The notes: generated from the sequence alone by a model not told the origin. Positions 1 to 9,013 are shown, counted from the first letter of the stretch. The stretch: DNA of 24,000 nt from Sporanaerobacter sp. (GCF_047830725.1 NZ_CP181252.1:1846941-1870940), one strand, 5' to 3'. Made by a program: numbers and translations.

Positions 1-536
1 AAGATTTAAACTTGGACGAATTTGGTTCCAATAAATTAAATGAAATGGATGAAGGAAAAATAAAAGAAGAAAATGAAGCAGAAGAAATCATAATGGTTCA
101 TATTAGTGGACAAGTATATAAGCCAGGGCTTGTTGAGCTAAAAAATGGATCTAGAGTCATCGATGCTGTAAACAGTGCTGGTGGGCTTAAGAGTGAGGCA
201 GATTTAGATAGAATAAATTTAGCTAAAAAATTAGTAGATGAAGAAAAAATATATATTCCCAAAATTGGTGAAGCTAATGACATGGTAGATGAAGTTGAAA
301 TTTCTGATGGCGTTGGTTCGGAAAATAGTTCAGAAAATAGGGACAACAAGATAAATATAAATACTTGTACAAAAGAAGAATTGATGAACCTGCCTGGAAT
401 TGGAGAAGTATTAGCTACAAGAATTGTAGAATATAGGCAATCTACGAAGTTCAATAGCATTGAAGATATCATGAATGTATCAGGTATAGGAAATAAAAAA
501 TTTGAAAATATAAAAGATTTAATTACTGTTAAATAA
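1..536 (+). CDS. comEA: Competence protein ComEA (SLBB plus helix-hairpin-helix DNA-binding domains), 5'-partial
   Basis: The frame is open to the left window edge (codons at 3-11 have no stop). The translation has an SLBB-like 'VHISGQVYKPGLVELKNGSRVIDAV' segment and C-terminal tandem HhH motifs ('LMNLPGIGEVLATRIVEYR...NVSGIGNKKFENIK'). The N-terminal membrane anchor typical of ComEA is missing, so the gene probably starts upstream of the window. Confidence 0.85.
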   Translation, partial: DLNLDEFGSNKLNEMDEGKIKEENEAEEIIMVHISGQVYKPGLVELKNGSRVIDAVNSAGGLKSEADLDRINLAKKLVDEEKIYIPKIGEANDMVDEVEISDGVGSENSSENRDNKININTCTKEELMNLPGIGEVLATRIVEYRQSTKFNSIEDIMNVSGIGNKKFENIKDLITVK

Positions 537-555
537 ATAGAAGGAAGGGATTAAG

Positions 556-1587
556 ATGAATAAAAGACTTACAGAGCTTACAAAGAGTTCAGGGTGAGCA
601 GCTAAAATAGGTCCTGATACCTTGGCACAAGTTTTGTGTCAATTACCAAAAACTTATGATGAAAATTTGATTATAGGATTAGACACTTCAGATGATGCTG
701 CTGTATATAAAGTAAATGATGATTTGGCTATAATACAAACATTAGATTTTTTTACACCTGTAGTTGATGATCCATATACTTTTGGTCAAATAGCAGCTAC
801 CAATTCCTTGAGTGATGTGTATGCTATGGGTGGGCAACCTATCATGGCTATGAATATAGTTTGCTTTCCAAATTGCTTATCTCCAGATGTATTAGTTCAA
901 ATATTAAAAGGAGGTCATGACAAAGTACAAGAAGCTGGTGCAATACTAGTTGGAGGTCATACAGTCGAAGATGATGAACCTAAATATGGCCTTTCTGTAA
1001 CTGGATTTGTTCATCCTGATAAAGTACTTGCCAATGGTGGTGCAAAACCAAAGGATTTGCTTGTTCTTACAAAACCTATAGGAACTGGTATCATAAATAC
1101 GGCCATCAAAGGTGGTTTAGCAGATAAAAAATCCTATGATGAAGCAGTTAAAGTAATGACTACGTTAAATAAATATGCCAAAGAAGCTATTGATAAAGTT
1201 GGAGTAAATGGTTGTACTGATATAACTGGATTTGGGTTTTTAGGTCATAGTTTAGAGATGGCTATGGCCAGTTCGGTGAGCCTAAAAATAGATCATGACA
1301 AAATACCTTTAATTGAAGGTGCCCTTTATTTTGCACAAATGGGCTTGGTTCCAGCAGGAACTTATAAAAATGAAGCGTATATTGGAGATAGAGTTAAATT
1401 TTTAGTAGATATTCCAGTGGAAAACAAGGATATTTTATTTGATCCTCAAACTTCCGGTGGGTTGCTTATATCTGTGCCAGAAGATAAAGTAGATAAATTG
1501 TTAGAAGAACTTAAAAACACACCTACTTCTTTTAGTGTTGTTGGAGAAGTTGTTGAAAAACAGGATTATTATATTTATGTAGAATAA
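556..1587 (+). CDS. selD: Selenide, water dikinase (selenophosphate synthetase) SelD, selenocysteine-containing (in-frame UGA at 595-597)
   Basis: ATG at 556 follows a GGAAGGGA RBS. It reads [29 protein letters not shown]... in the same frame as track ORF 622..1587. G-[C/U]-x-x-K-I-G-P is the catalytic N-terminal loop of SelD. The rest of the protein has the AIR-synthase-like SelD layout ([19 protein letters not shown]). The track start at 622 (TTG) is an artefact of the UGA. Confidence 0.9.
598..640 (+). promoter_or_regulatory. Candidate bacterial SECIS region directly downstream of the selD UGA
   Basis: Two alternative hairpins can be drawn by hand. The first is AGGU(609-612)/ACCU(619-622) with loop CCUGAU, extended by GCU(601-603)/GGC(624-626). 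The second is GGCACAA(624-630)/UUGUGUC(634-640) with loop GUU, about 33 nt after the UGA. No energy calculation was done. Confidence 0.4.
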
Positions 1588-1605
1588 TGAAGAGGATGGA
1601 TGAGA

Positions 1606-3018
1606 ATGGAAGAAAGAAAAAATTTGTTTAGTTTTATACCTAAAGTTGATGAACTTTTAGAAAACCCTATCATAAGTGAAAAATTAAATAAATTGCCAAG
1701 GGTTACTATATTGGATTCTATAAGAGAAGAACTTGATGGTTTAAGAAATGATATAAAAGATGGAGTTGTAAGCGAGAAGAATATAGAAGAAAAAATAAAA
1801 ACATTGCCATATTTTATAATTAAAAGTGCAGAACAAAAAAATAGCTTCAAATTGAAAAGAGTTGTAAATGCAACAGGAGTTATAATTCATACAAATTTAG
1901 GAAGATCTCTTATGAGTGAAAAAGTTATGAAAAATATAATGGAGGTATCTTCCAATTATTCTAATTTGGAGTATGATTTAGAATTAGGTCAGAGGGGTTC
2001 TAGGTATAGTCATTTAGAAGAAATAATTACAAGAATTACTGGTGGAGAAAGTGCAATGGTTGTGAATAACAATGCTGCTGCAGTGTTGCTAGTTTTAAGT
2101 ACCATGGCAAAGGATAGAGAAGTCATTGTATCTAGAGGAGAATTGATAGAAATTGGCGGCTCATTTAGGGTTCCTGAAGTTATGGAACAAAGTGGAGCAT
2201 ATCTTGTAGATGTAGGTACAACTAATAAGACACATATATGGGATTATGAAAATGCCATAAATGAAAATACTGCTGCTTTTTTAAAGGTTCATACAAGTAA
2301 TTATAGAATACTTGGTTTTACTTCTTCGGTTTCTTTAGAAGAGTTGAAAAGCTTGAAGGAGAAATATGAAATACCTATTGTAGAAGACTTAGGTAGCGGT
2401 GTGTTGATAGATTTATCTAAATATGGATTGGAATATGAGCCAACTGTACAAGATTCTATAAAAAATGGTGTAGATGTTGTAACGTTTAGTGGAGATAAAC
2501 TTTTAGGAGGGCCTCAAGCTGGGATTATAGTTGGTAAAAAAGAGTATATTGAGAAGATGAAAAGAAATCCTCTAACTAGAGCATTTAGGGTAGATAAATT
2601 CACTATATCTGCACTGGAGGCAACTCTTAAATTGTATTTAGATGAGGATTTGGCTGTAGAAAGTATTCCTACACTCAATATGCTTACTATCTCAATTGAT
2701 GAACTTGAGAGAAAAGCAGACAGATTAGAAAATATGCTTAGAGAAGAAATAAGTGAAGATTTAATTCAAGTACAAATAGAAGATGATTATTCTGAAGTGG
2801 GTGGAGGATCTTTGCCTTTGGAAAAATTGTCCACTAAATGCTTGACTTTATCTCCCAAAAATCTGAGTTCAGCACAATTTGAAAAAAAATTGAGATGTTT
2901 TAGAATTCCAATTATTACTCGTGTATATAAAGATAAAATATATTTTGATTTGAGAACTGTTAAAAATGATGAATTTGATATAATAGTAGAAGGCGTTAAA
3001 AATGCTTTAGAAAAGTGA
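1606..3018 (+). CDS. selA: L-seryl-tRNA(Sec) selenium transferase SelA
   Basis: About 470 aa with the SelA layout and the PLP-lysine context 'RAFRVDK'. The AGAGGA RBS (1591-1596) is better spaced for ATG 1606 than for ATG 1600, which is the alternative start. The gene lies between selD and selB. Confidence 0.92.
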   Translation: MEERKNLFSFIPKVDELLENPIISEKLNKLPRVTILDSIREELDGLRNDIKDGVVSEKNIEEKIKTLPYFIIKSAEQKNSFKLKRVVNATGVIIHTNLGRSLMSEKVMKNIMEVSSNYSNLEYDLELGQRGSRYSHLEEIITRITGGESAMVVNNNAAAVLLVLSTMAKDREVIVSRGELIEIGGSFRVPEVMEQSGAYLVDVGTTNKTHIWDYENAINENTAAFLKVHTSNYRILGFTSSVSLEELKSLKEKYEIPIVEDLGSGVLIDLSKYGLEYEPTVQDSIKNGVDVVTFSGDKLLGGPQAGIIVGKKEYIEKMKRNPLTRAFRVDKFTISALEATLKLYLDEDLAVESIPTLNMLTISIDELERKADRLENMLREEISEDLIQVQIEDDYSEVGGGSLPLEKLSTKCLTLSPKNLSSAQFEKKLRCFRIPIITRVYKDKIYFDLRTVKNDEFDIIVEGVKNALEK

Positions 3019-3032
3019 GGAGAGTGCTTTAG

Positions 3033-4940
3033 ATGAAGCATATAATTATAGGGACTGCAGGTCATATAGATCATGGAAAAACAACTTTAATCAGGGCTCT
3101 AACTGGGAGAAATACTGATAGATTGAGAGAAGAACAAGAAAGAGGCATTTCAATAGAATTAGGTTTTACATATTTTGATTTACCTAGTGGGAAGAGAGCA
3201 GGAATAATTGATGTTCCTGGACATGAAAAGTTTATTAAGAATATGTTGGCAGGAGTTATTGGTATAGATATAGTTATATTAGTTGTTGCAGCAGATGAAG
3301 GAGTAATGCCGCAAACCAAGGAGCATTTAGCTATATTGGACCTTCTTGGGATAAAAAGTGGATTTATAGTTTTGACTAAAGCAGATTTAGTAGAAGAGGA
3401 GTGGCTGGAACTTGTGAAGGAAGAAGTGAGTATGAGTGTAGAAGGCACTTTTCTTGAAGGGTCTCCAATCATTCCTGTTTCTTCAACTAAAGGTACTGGA
3501 ATAGATGAAACTATTAAACTGATAGATAAATTGTCAGATGAAGTAGAGGAAAGAGACAGTGAAGGTATGCCTAGATTGCCTGTAGATAGAGTATTTACTA
3601 TATCTGGATTTGGCACTATTGTCACTGGGACTTTAATTTCTGGGACGCTTAAAGTAGGAGAAGAAGTGCAAGTTTTCCCAGGAAATAAAACAACTAGAAT
3701 ACGTTCACTTCAAGTGCATGACAAAGATACATCTGTTGCCTATGCTGGGCAGAGAGTTGCAATAAATTTGGCAGGGCTAAAAAAATCTGAATTGGAAAGG
3801 GGGAATGTAATAGCTCCTATTGGTTCCATGAAAGATACTATGATGCTAGATGTGAAACTTAAGATACTTAAAGATATTCCAAAGATTATTGAAAATAGAT
3901 CAAGGGTTAGACTTTATATAGGGACTAAAGAGGTACTATGTAGAGTAGTATTGTTAGATAGTGAGTTCTTATCTCCAGGAGAAAGCGGATATGCTCAATT
4001 GAGATTAGAAGAGCCTATAGTTGCAAAGAGAGGAGATAAATTTATTTTAAGATTTTATTCTCCAATGTTCACTATTGGAGGAGGAGAAGTGTTAGAATCA
4101 AATCCAGACAAGAAGAAAAGATTTGATGAGAGAGCATTGGAAGAATTAAAAATAAAAGAAACAGGGGATTTCAGTGAAATAGTAGAGAAAATAATATTAG
4201 ATAAGAGTAGTAGCTATCCAACAGTTAAGGATATTGTCATGTACACTGTTATGCCTGAAGACAAAGTAGTAAATGAAATAAAAAAATTGGAGCAGAATGG
4301 TAAAATAAAGATTATATCTTTATTGAAAGATGTTTATATTATTCATATAGATTATTTTAACCAATTGAAAAGCAAAATTGAAAATGAGCTTAAAAATTAC
4401 CATAAAAAGAAGCCATTAAAAGCTGGAATGTCAAAAGAGGAAATTAGAAGTAAATATTTAAAAGATGCTAAGCCTAAAATGGCAGACAACTTACTTAGTT
4501 TAATGATGAGTGATGGTACTATATGTCAAAATGGTCAAGTATTATTTTTGAAAGATTTTAAGATTGTGTATTCTGAGGAACAGTTAAAGATTATAGATAG
4601 CATAAAAAAAGAATTTTTGGCTGGAGGATTTATACCACCTAAACCAGAGGAATTGTATGATAGAATTAAATATGATAGGGAAGAATTAGAACAGGTATTT
4701 GAATCATTGTTGGATTGTGGTGAAGTGATTCAAATAAAAGAAGATATTTACTTTTTAAAGGAATTATATACAAAAGCTTTAGATATTTTAAAAAACTATT
4801 TAATTGAAAATAGGTATATTACTGCATCTGAGTATAGAGACTTGTTGAATACCAACAGGAAAATAGCTATAGGACTTCTTGAATATTTTGATCAGTTAAA
4901 AATTACCAAACGTATAGAAGATAAAAGAATATTATTTTAG
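3033..4940 (+). CDS. selB: Selenocysteine-specific translation elongation factor SelB
   Basis: The N-terminal GTPase has 'GTAGHIDHGKTTL', 'DVPGHEKF' and 'TKADL' motifs. A long C-terminal winged-helix extension follows (635 aa in total). GAGGAGAG RBS upstream. Confidence 0.95.
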   Translation: MKHIIIGTAGHIDHGKTTLIRALTGRNTDRLREEQERGISIELGFTYFDLPSGKRAGIIDVPGHEKFIKNMLAGVIGIDIVILVVAADEGVMPQTKEHLAILDLLGIKSGFIVLTKADLVEEEWLELVKEEVSMSVEGTFLEGSPIIPVSSTKGTGIDETIKLIDKLSDEVEERDSEGMPRLPVDRVFTISGFGTIVTGTLISGTLKVGEEVQVFPGNKTTRIRSLQVHDKDTSVAYAGQRVAINLAGLKKSELERGNVIAPIGSMKDTMMLDVKLKILKDIPKIIENRSRVRLYIGTKEVLCRVVLLDSEFLSPGESGYAQLRLEEPIVAKRGDKFILRFYSPMFTIGGGEVLESNPDKKKRFDERALEELKIKETGDFSEIVEKIILDKSSSYPTVKDIVMYTVMPEDKVVNEIKKLEQNGKIKIISLLKDVYIIHIDYFNQLKSKIENELKNYHKKKPLKAGMSKEEIRSKYLKDAKPKMADNLLSLMMSDGTICQNGQVLFLKDFKIVYSEEQLKIIDSIKKEFLAGGFIPPKPEELYDRIKYDREELEQVFESLLDCGEVIQIKEDIYFLKELYTKALDILKNYLIENRYITASEYRDLLNTNRKIAIGLLEYFDQLKITKRIEDKRILF

Positions 4941-5029
4941 GAAAAATAAAGGAAAACTAGATAAAATGTCGAAATATAATTAATATGTAATTAATGTGAT
5001 GTTTTTGAGAAAATATATGAGGTGATAAA

Positions 5030-5725
5030 ATGGGCACCAAAATATTAATCGTAGATGATGAAAAACTTTTCGTAAAGGGTTTGAAGTATAGTCTAGAACA
5101 GGATGGGTATATTGTAGATGCTGCTTTTGATGGATATGAGGCATTAGAAAAAGCTAAAAATAAAAGATATGATTTGATTCTTTTAGATTTGATGTTGCCA
5201 GGTATAGATGGATTAGAAGTGTGTCAGAAGTTGCGACAAGACTCACAAGTGCCAATCATCATGCTTACAGCAAAAGGTGAGGATATAACTAAAATTTTGG
5301 GATTAGAATATGGTGCAGATGATTATTTAACTAAGCCTTTTAATATACTAGAACTTAAAGCAAGGATAAAGGCTATACTTAGGCGAGTAAATATGAAGAG
5401 TACCAATATTACCGATCAAGTAATTCAAATTGATGATTTCACCATAAATACATTGGGCAGAAAATTAACTGTACGTGAAAAAGAAGTCAATCTTACTGCA
5501 AAAGAATTTGATTTATTGTTACTTTTAGCTTCAAATCCTGGGAAAGTATTTACTAGAGAAGAATTGCTAGAAACTATATGGGGCTATGAATATTTTGGAG
5601 ATTTAAGAACAGTTGATGTTCACATTAGAAGGCTTAGAGAAAAAATTGAAAGAGATTCAAGTCAGGCAGAATATATACTTACAAAATGGGGAGTTGGTTA
5701 CTATTTTAGAAGTAGGCCACAATAA
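5030..5725 (+). CDS. OmpR/PhoB-family two-component response regulator
   Basis: The receiver domain has 'ILIVDDE' and 'DLILLDLMLPGIDG' (phospho-Asp) followed by 'LTAKG...KPF'. The C-terminal winged-helix effector has 'LTAKEFDLLLLLASNPGKVFTREELL...VDVHIRRLREKIE'. GAGGTGA RBS upstream. Confidence 0.92.
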   Translation: MGTKILIVDDEKLFVKGLKYSLEQDGYIVDAAFDGYEALEKAKNKRYDLILLDLMLPGIDGLEVCQKLRQDSQVPIIMLTAKGEDITKILGLEYGADDYLTKPFNILELKARIKAILRRVNMKSTNITDQVIQIDDFTINTLGRKLTVREKEVNLTAKEFDLLLLLASNPGKVFTREELLETIWGYEYFGDLRTVDVHIRRLREKIERDSSQAEYILTKWGVGYYFRSRPQ

Positions 5726-5738
5726 TAAAAAAAAATTT

Positions 5739-7133
5739 ATGAGTGTTAGGTGGAAATTAGTTTCCACCTATTTATTATTGATATTTGTCACCCTTATAAT
5801 AATAAATATTTTTATATTTAATACTGTCTTAAAAATATATATTCAGCAAAAACAAAATGAGACATTTATAAAAGCCAATATTATTTCTAACAGAACCAGA
5901 TATCAATTGGCTTCAGATAGAATGAATGAAGAATGGGTTAAAAAGACTATAAATGAGTATAGCAAGGAGATAAATGGAAGAATTATCATTGTAGATAAAA
6001 ATAATATTGTTAAGGGGGATTCAAACAATTTATTTATTGGGGATACTTTTAAGCATGATGAGATACAGAAAGCTTTGAATGGGGAAAATAGTAGAAGAGT
6101 ATATAATTTTAGAGATACTGGTAGGGTTATGTATGTTTCTGTACCAGTAATACTAAATGATGAAATAGTAGGTGCTACTCTTATATCTGTATCTATTGAT
6201 AATATATACTTAGAAGTTAAACATATTTCAAGAAAGGTAGCACTTATATCTGGAATAAGCATGCTTGTTACAGCTATTATAGCTTTTTTCTTTTCTGATG
6301 CTATATTTAAACCCCTAGGACAATTAAAAAATGCAATAAATAAAGTAGCTCAAGGTCATTTAGAAGAAAAGGTAAATATAGATAGTAACGATGAATTTAA
6401 AGAAGTAGCTGAAGCTTTTAATATTATGATTTTAAAATTGGATCAAGTCGATACTCAAAGAAAGGATTTTGTAGCCAATGTATCTCATGAGTTAAGAACT
6501 CCATTGACATCAATAAAAATCTTGTCAGAATCTCTTATTTCTGGAGAAGATTTTAATGTAGATGTGTATAAAGAGTTTTTGACTGATATAGATTCAGAAG
6601 TAGATAGACTAAACAATATCATAACGGATTTATTGACATTGGTGGATTTAGATAAGGAAAAGCTCACATTGGATTTAAAGATAACTTATATGAATTTTTT
6701 GCTTGAAAGGATTTATTTAAGACTAAAGCCTCTAGCTGAAAAGAAATCTATAGATTTAGAATTAGTTTTAAATGAAAAGATACAATTAAAAGTAGATAAT
6801 GAGAAAATACAACAGGCTATTATAAATATTATAGACAATGCAATCAAGTATACGCAAACTGGGGGAAAAGTGAAGTTAAAATTGTATAATGAAGGGAAAT
6901 ATGCCATTATAGAAATAAAAGATAATGGCATAGGTATTCCAGAAGAGAACATTCAAAATATTTTTGAAAGATTTTATAGAGTAGATAAAGCTAGATCTAG
7001 GGATACAGGAGGAACAGGATTGGGGTTGTCTATTGCATGGCAGATAGTATCACTGCATCAAGGGACTATAGAAGTAGAAAGTAAAGTTGGAGTGGGTAGT
7101 ACATTTTATATTAAACTGCCTATTACGACTTGA
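5739..7133 (+). CDS. Sensor histidine kinase (2 TM segments, ~150-aa extracytoplasmic loop, HAMP, HisKA, HATPase_c)
   Basis: ATG at 5739 (MSVRWKLVSTYLLLIF...) lies 14 nt after the regulator's stop. TM1 is at the N-terminus and TM2 is 'VALISGISMLVTAIIAFFF'. The H-box is 'SHELRTPLTS', the N-box 'IIDNAIKYT', the G-boxes 'DNGIGIP' and 'GGTGLGLSI'. The track start at 5613 overlaps the regulator gene and is rejected. Confidence 0.9.
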   Translation: MSVRWKLVSTYLLLIFVTLIIINIFIFNTVLKIYIQQKQNETFIKANIISNRTRYQLASDRMNEEWVKKTINEYSKEINGRIIIVDKNNIVKGDSNNLFIGDTFKHDEIQKALNGENSRRVYNFRDTGRVMYVSVPVILNDEIVGATLISVSIDNIYLEVKHISRKVALISGISMLVTAIIAFFFSDAIFKPLGQLKNAINKVAQGHLEEKVNIDSNDEFKEVAEAFNIMILKLDQVDTQRKDFVANVSHELRTPLTSIKILSESLISGEDFNVDVYKEFLTDIDSEVDRLNNIITDLLTLVDLDKEKLTLDLKITYMNFLLERIYLRLKPLAEKKSIDLELVLNEKIQLKVDNEKIQQAIINIIDNAIKYTQTGGKVKLKLYNEGKYAIIEIKDNGIGIPEENIQNIFERFYRVDKARSRDTGGTGLGLSIAWQIVSLHQGTIEVESKVGVGSTFYIKLPITT

Positions 7134-7151
7134 TGTTTTGGGGTGATATAT

Positions 7152-8012
7152 ATGAGTAAAAAATATTTAATTATATTATTCGTATTTATAATTTCTATAA
7201 CCACTACATCATGTCAAAAATATGATGTAGTAAATGAAGAAAGCAACAATTTTCCTCCCATAAATCCCTTGCCAGAAGATAAGCTTGAAATTGTTCTTTA
7301 CTATCCCAATGAATCAATGGACTATTTAGCTCCAGAATTTAGAGTTGTACCAAGAAAAAATGCCCAAATAGAAGAGATGGTTATAGATGAATTGTTAAAG
7401 GGAACTTCTAAAAAAAACTTGAAAAGTATTGTACCAGCTAGTACTAAAGTATTATCTATTGATATAAATGATGGTGTAGCTTATGTAAGTTTTTCAAGCG
7501 ATTTAGTAGGAAAAGATTATACTGAAAAAGAGGAAGCCTTTGTAATATATTCTATCGTCAATTCTTTGACTTCTATTTCTTCCATAAACAAAGTTCAGAT
7601 ACTTATAGATGGGAAAGCAAGAGATGTGTTGTATAAATACTATTGTATTAGAGAACCTTTTGAGTTTAGTGGCATGATAGTTTCTAAAAAATATGTAAGC
7701 CCTGTTTCAATAATAAATAATTATTATGATTCTATACTAAACCATAAGTATGATGAAAGCATATCTATGTTAAATTTAAAGGATGTGGATAAATTTAAAT
7801 ATAATACACTAAAGACTTATTTGATAGAGGAATTTAAGGGCATAATTAATTATGATATTAAAGATTATACAATATATGAATATTCAGATGAACTAAAAAT
7901 GAGTGTTAAATATACTATAAGCTATGAAAAAGGTAGTGTAAAAAATTCTCAAAAAAATTTAAAGTTGATTTATAATGGAGAGGACTTTTTAATAGAAGGA
8001 ATTATATATTAA
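7152..8012 (+). CDS. Lipoprotein with a GerMN (GerM-like) domain and a C-terminal domain of unknown function
   Basis: The signal peptide and lipobox 'ISITTTSC' indicate a lipoprotein. The GerMN-like segment reads 'LEIVLYYPN...YLAPEFRVVP...IEEMVIDELLKGTS...VAYVSFSS...EEAFVIYSIVNSLTSI..KVQILIDGK'. The ATG at 7152 follows GGGGTG. About 110 C-terminal residues were not recognised. Confidence 0.6.
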   Translation: MSKKYLIILFVFIISITTTSCQKYDVVNEESNNFPPINPLPEDKLEIVLYYPNESMDYLAPEFRVVPRKNAQIEEMVIDELLKGTSKKNLKSIVPASTKVLSIDINDGVAYVSFSSDLVGKDYTEKEEAFVIYSIVNSLTSISSINKVQILIDGKARDVLYKYYCIREPFEFSGMIVSKKYVSPVSIINNYYDSILNHKYDESISMLNLKDVDKFKYNTLKTYLIEEFKGIINYDIKDYTIYEYSDELKMSVKYTISYEKGSVKNSQKNLKLIYNGEDFLIEGIIY

Positions 8013-8019
8013 AAAAAGC

Positions 8020-8048
8020 TTGAAAAATAGCATATTATGTCTTATAAT
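8020..8048 (+). promoter_or_regulatory. Sigma-A-type promoter for selC (TTGAAA-17 nt-TATAAT)
   Basis: TTGAAA at 8020-8025, an exact 17-nt spacer, TATAAT at 8043-8048. The predicted transcription start lies about 12 nt before the mature 5' end of the tRNA. Confidence 0.6.
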
Positions 8049-8067
8049 AGAATATGGTTTTTAATCT

Positions 8068-8164
8068 GGGGGTAGATGAGTCCTGGTGGGCTCTCTGGTC
8101 TTCAAAACCAGCGCGAGGGGTTAGGAGCCTCTTGGGTGAGTTCGATTCTCACATGCTCCCGCCA
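8068..8164 (+). tRNA. selC: tRNA-Sec (anticodon UCA), 97 nt, CCA encoded
   Basis: Hand-folded structure. The acceptor stem is 8068-8075 paired with 8153-8160 (8 positions, with two G.U pairs and one G.A). The D-stem has 6 bp (GAGTCC/GGGCTC) and a 4-nt loop TGGT. The anticodon stem is CTGGT/ACCAG with loop CTTCAAA, giving anticodon UCA at 8102-8104. There is a long variable arm (8112-8135). The T-arm is GTGAG-TTCGATT-CTCAC (5 bp). The discriminator is G, followed by CCA. The 8/5 acceptor/T geometry and 6-bp D-stem are hallmarks of bacterial tRNA-Sec. Confidence 0.92.
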
Positions 8165-8172
8165 AAGATTAT

Positions 8173-8203
8173 AAGCGACTTTAAGTCGCTTTTTTGTTTT
8201 TTT
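8173..8203 (+). terminator. Rho-independent terminator of selC
   Basis: The perfect 8-bp stem AAGCGACT/AGTCGCTT has a 3-nt loop and is followed by TTTTTGTTTTTTT. Confidence 0.85.
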
Positions 8204-8374
8204 GGGCTCTTTGTCAATAGTTGGGGTGGGATTTTTTGCAATCCCGCTCCATTACTATTTTTAAGCCTATTTTTGTATAATGACTGAGATGGATAGAGTT
8301 ACATGTGTTTTAGGGTGCACTTAATAAACCTAGCTAAAATGTAGGCTTCTTACAGGTATTCATTTTTAAAATGT

Positions 8375-8704
8375 TTAGCTTGTACAGTGAAGTATTCTAT
8401 TACGAAACCTATAAAAGTTTTTAAGTCCAAAGGATATTCGTTTTAATACCTTGATTTTATTGTTGAAACCTTCAGTTGGACCATTAGTATAACCATATTT
8501 AAATGCATTTTTAATTTCCTTATGCCATCTTCTATATGTAGCTGCACATTTTTCAAACTCTGGTATTCCAGAGCTTTCTGCATTTTGAATCCACTTAGCT
8601 AATTCCCTACATTGGTAAGAATATTTATCGCTTTGACAGATTTCATAAAACCATTCTTTAAGTTTATGGGCAATACGTAGGTCATCATTATATAAAAGTA
8701 AGCG
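8375..8704 (-). pseudogene. ISL3-family transposase, C-terminal fragment
   Basis: My - strand translation reads (R)LLLYNDDLRIAHKLKEWFYEICQSDKYSYQCRELAKWIQNAESSGIPEFEKCAATYRRWHKEIKNAFKYGYTNGPTEGFNNKIKVLKRISFGLKNFYRFRNRILHCTS*. The 'TNGPTEGFNNKIKVLKR..FG..NF..FRNRIL' block is the ISL3 DDE C-terminal signature. The fragment contains no Met, so it is absent from the ORF track. It is in the same window frame as 9008..9865. Confidence 0.8.
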
Positions 8705-9013
8705 TCAAATCTACCCCACATTTTAAAGAAATGCTTTCTATGAGATAATACCTTTAAACATCATCAATAAGGGAGGTTATCTCAAATGAATGAAGAAGAA
8801 AGAAAACTTTGGACTAAAAGAATTGAAGATTATAGAGCCAGTGGATTAACAGCAGTTAAATGGGCTGAAGAAAACAATGTTTCTGTCCATACACTTAGAT
8901 ATAAAATTACACAATTCAATAAAGAAAAGGAACAAACATCTAAAAAAATCCAATGGGCATCAATTGTTTCTGAAAAATCAGTAGAGAATAAAGAAACTTA
9001 TCCATCATTAAAA
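8698..9013 (+). mobile_element. IS66-family-like left-end remnant (IR plus 5' part of tnpA) inserted in the ISL3 transposase gene
   Basis: The fragment begins GTAAGCGTC..., the terminal sequence typical of IS66-family inverted repeats. About 88 bp later comes an RBS (GGGAGG) and a TnpA-like HTH ORF. No matching right IR is visible. Removing ~312 bp restores the ISL3 reading frame, but the exact junction is ambiguous by a few nt. Confidence 0.5.

Noticed and set aside
98-472. 124-aa antisense ORF inside comEA
   Set aside because: A shadow ORF opposite a well-supported CDS, with a low-complexity S/F/L/I-rich translation typical of antisense frames in AT-rich DNA. The same reasoning applies to 1575..1850, 2787..3074, 3071..3625, 5903..6262, 6485..6667, 6713..6952, 9571..9801, 10166..10384, 10725..10928 and 20410..20925.
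622-1587. Track ORF giving SelD a TTG start at 622
   Set aside because: The same frame continues upstream through a single TGA (595-597) to an ATG at 556 with an RBS. The upstream peptide contains the conserved SelD catalytic loop, so the 622 start is an artefact of treating UGA as a stop.
5613-5738. N-terminal extension of the histidine kinase ORF overlapping the response regulator gene
   Set aside because: The extension lies entirely inside the regulator CDS in another frame. The ATG at 5739 begins directly with the TM1 region and follows the regulator stop.
8054-8287. 77-aa + strand ORF
   Set aside because: It overlaps the tRNA-Sec gene, its terminator and the ISL3 inverted repeat. It has no RBS, and its composition is dictated by the tRNA sequence.
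8683-9010. 8-bp direct repeat CATCATTA (8683-8690 and 9003-9010) as a target-site duplication of the IS66-like fragment
   Set aside because: The left copy is 7 nt away from the GTAAGCG terminus. Excising between the copies does not restore the ISL3 reading frame. It may reflect microhomology or chance in AT-rich DNA.
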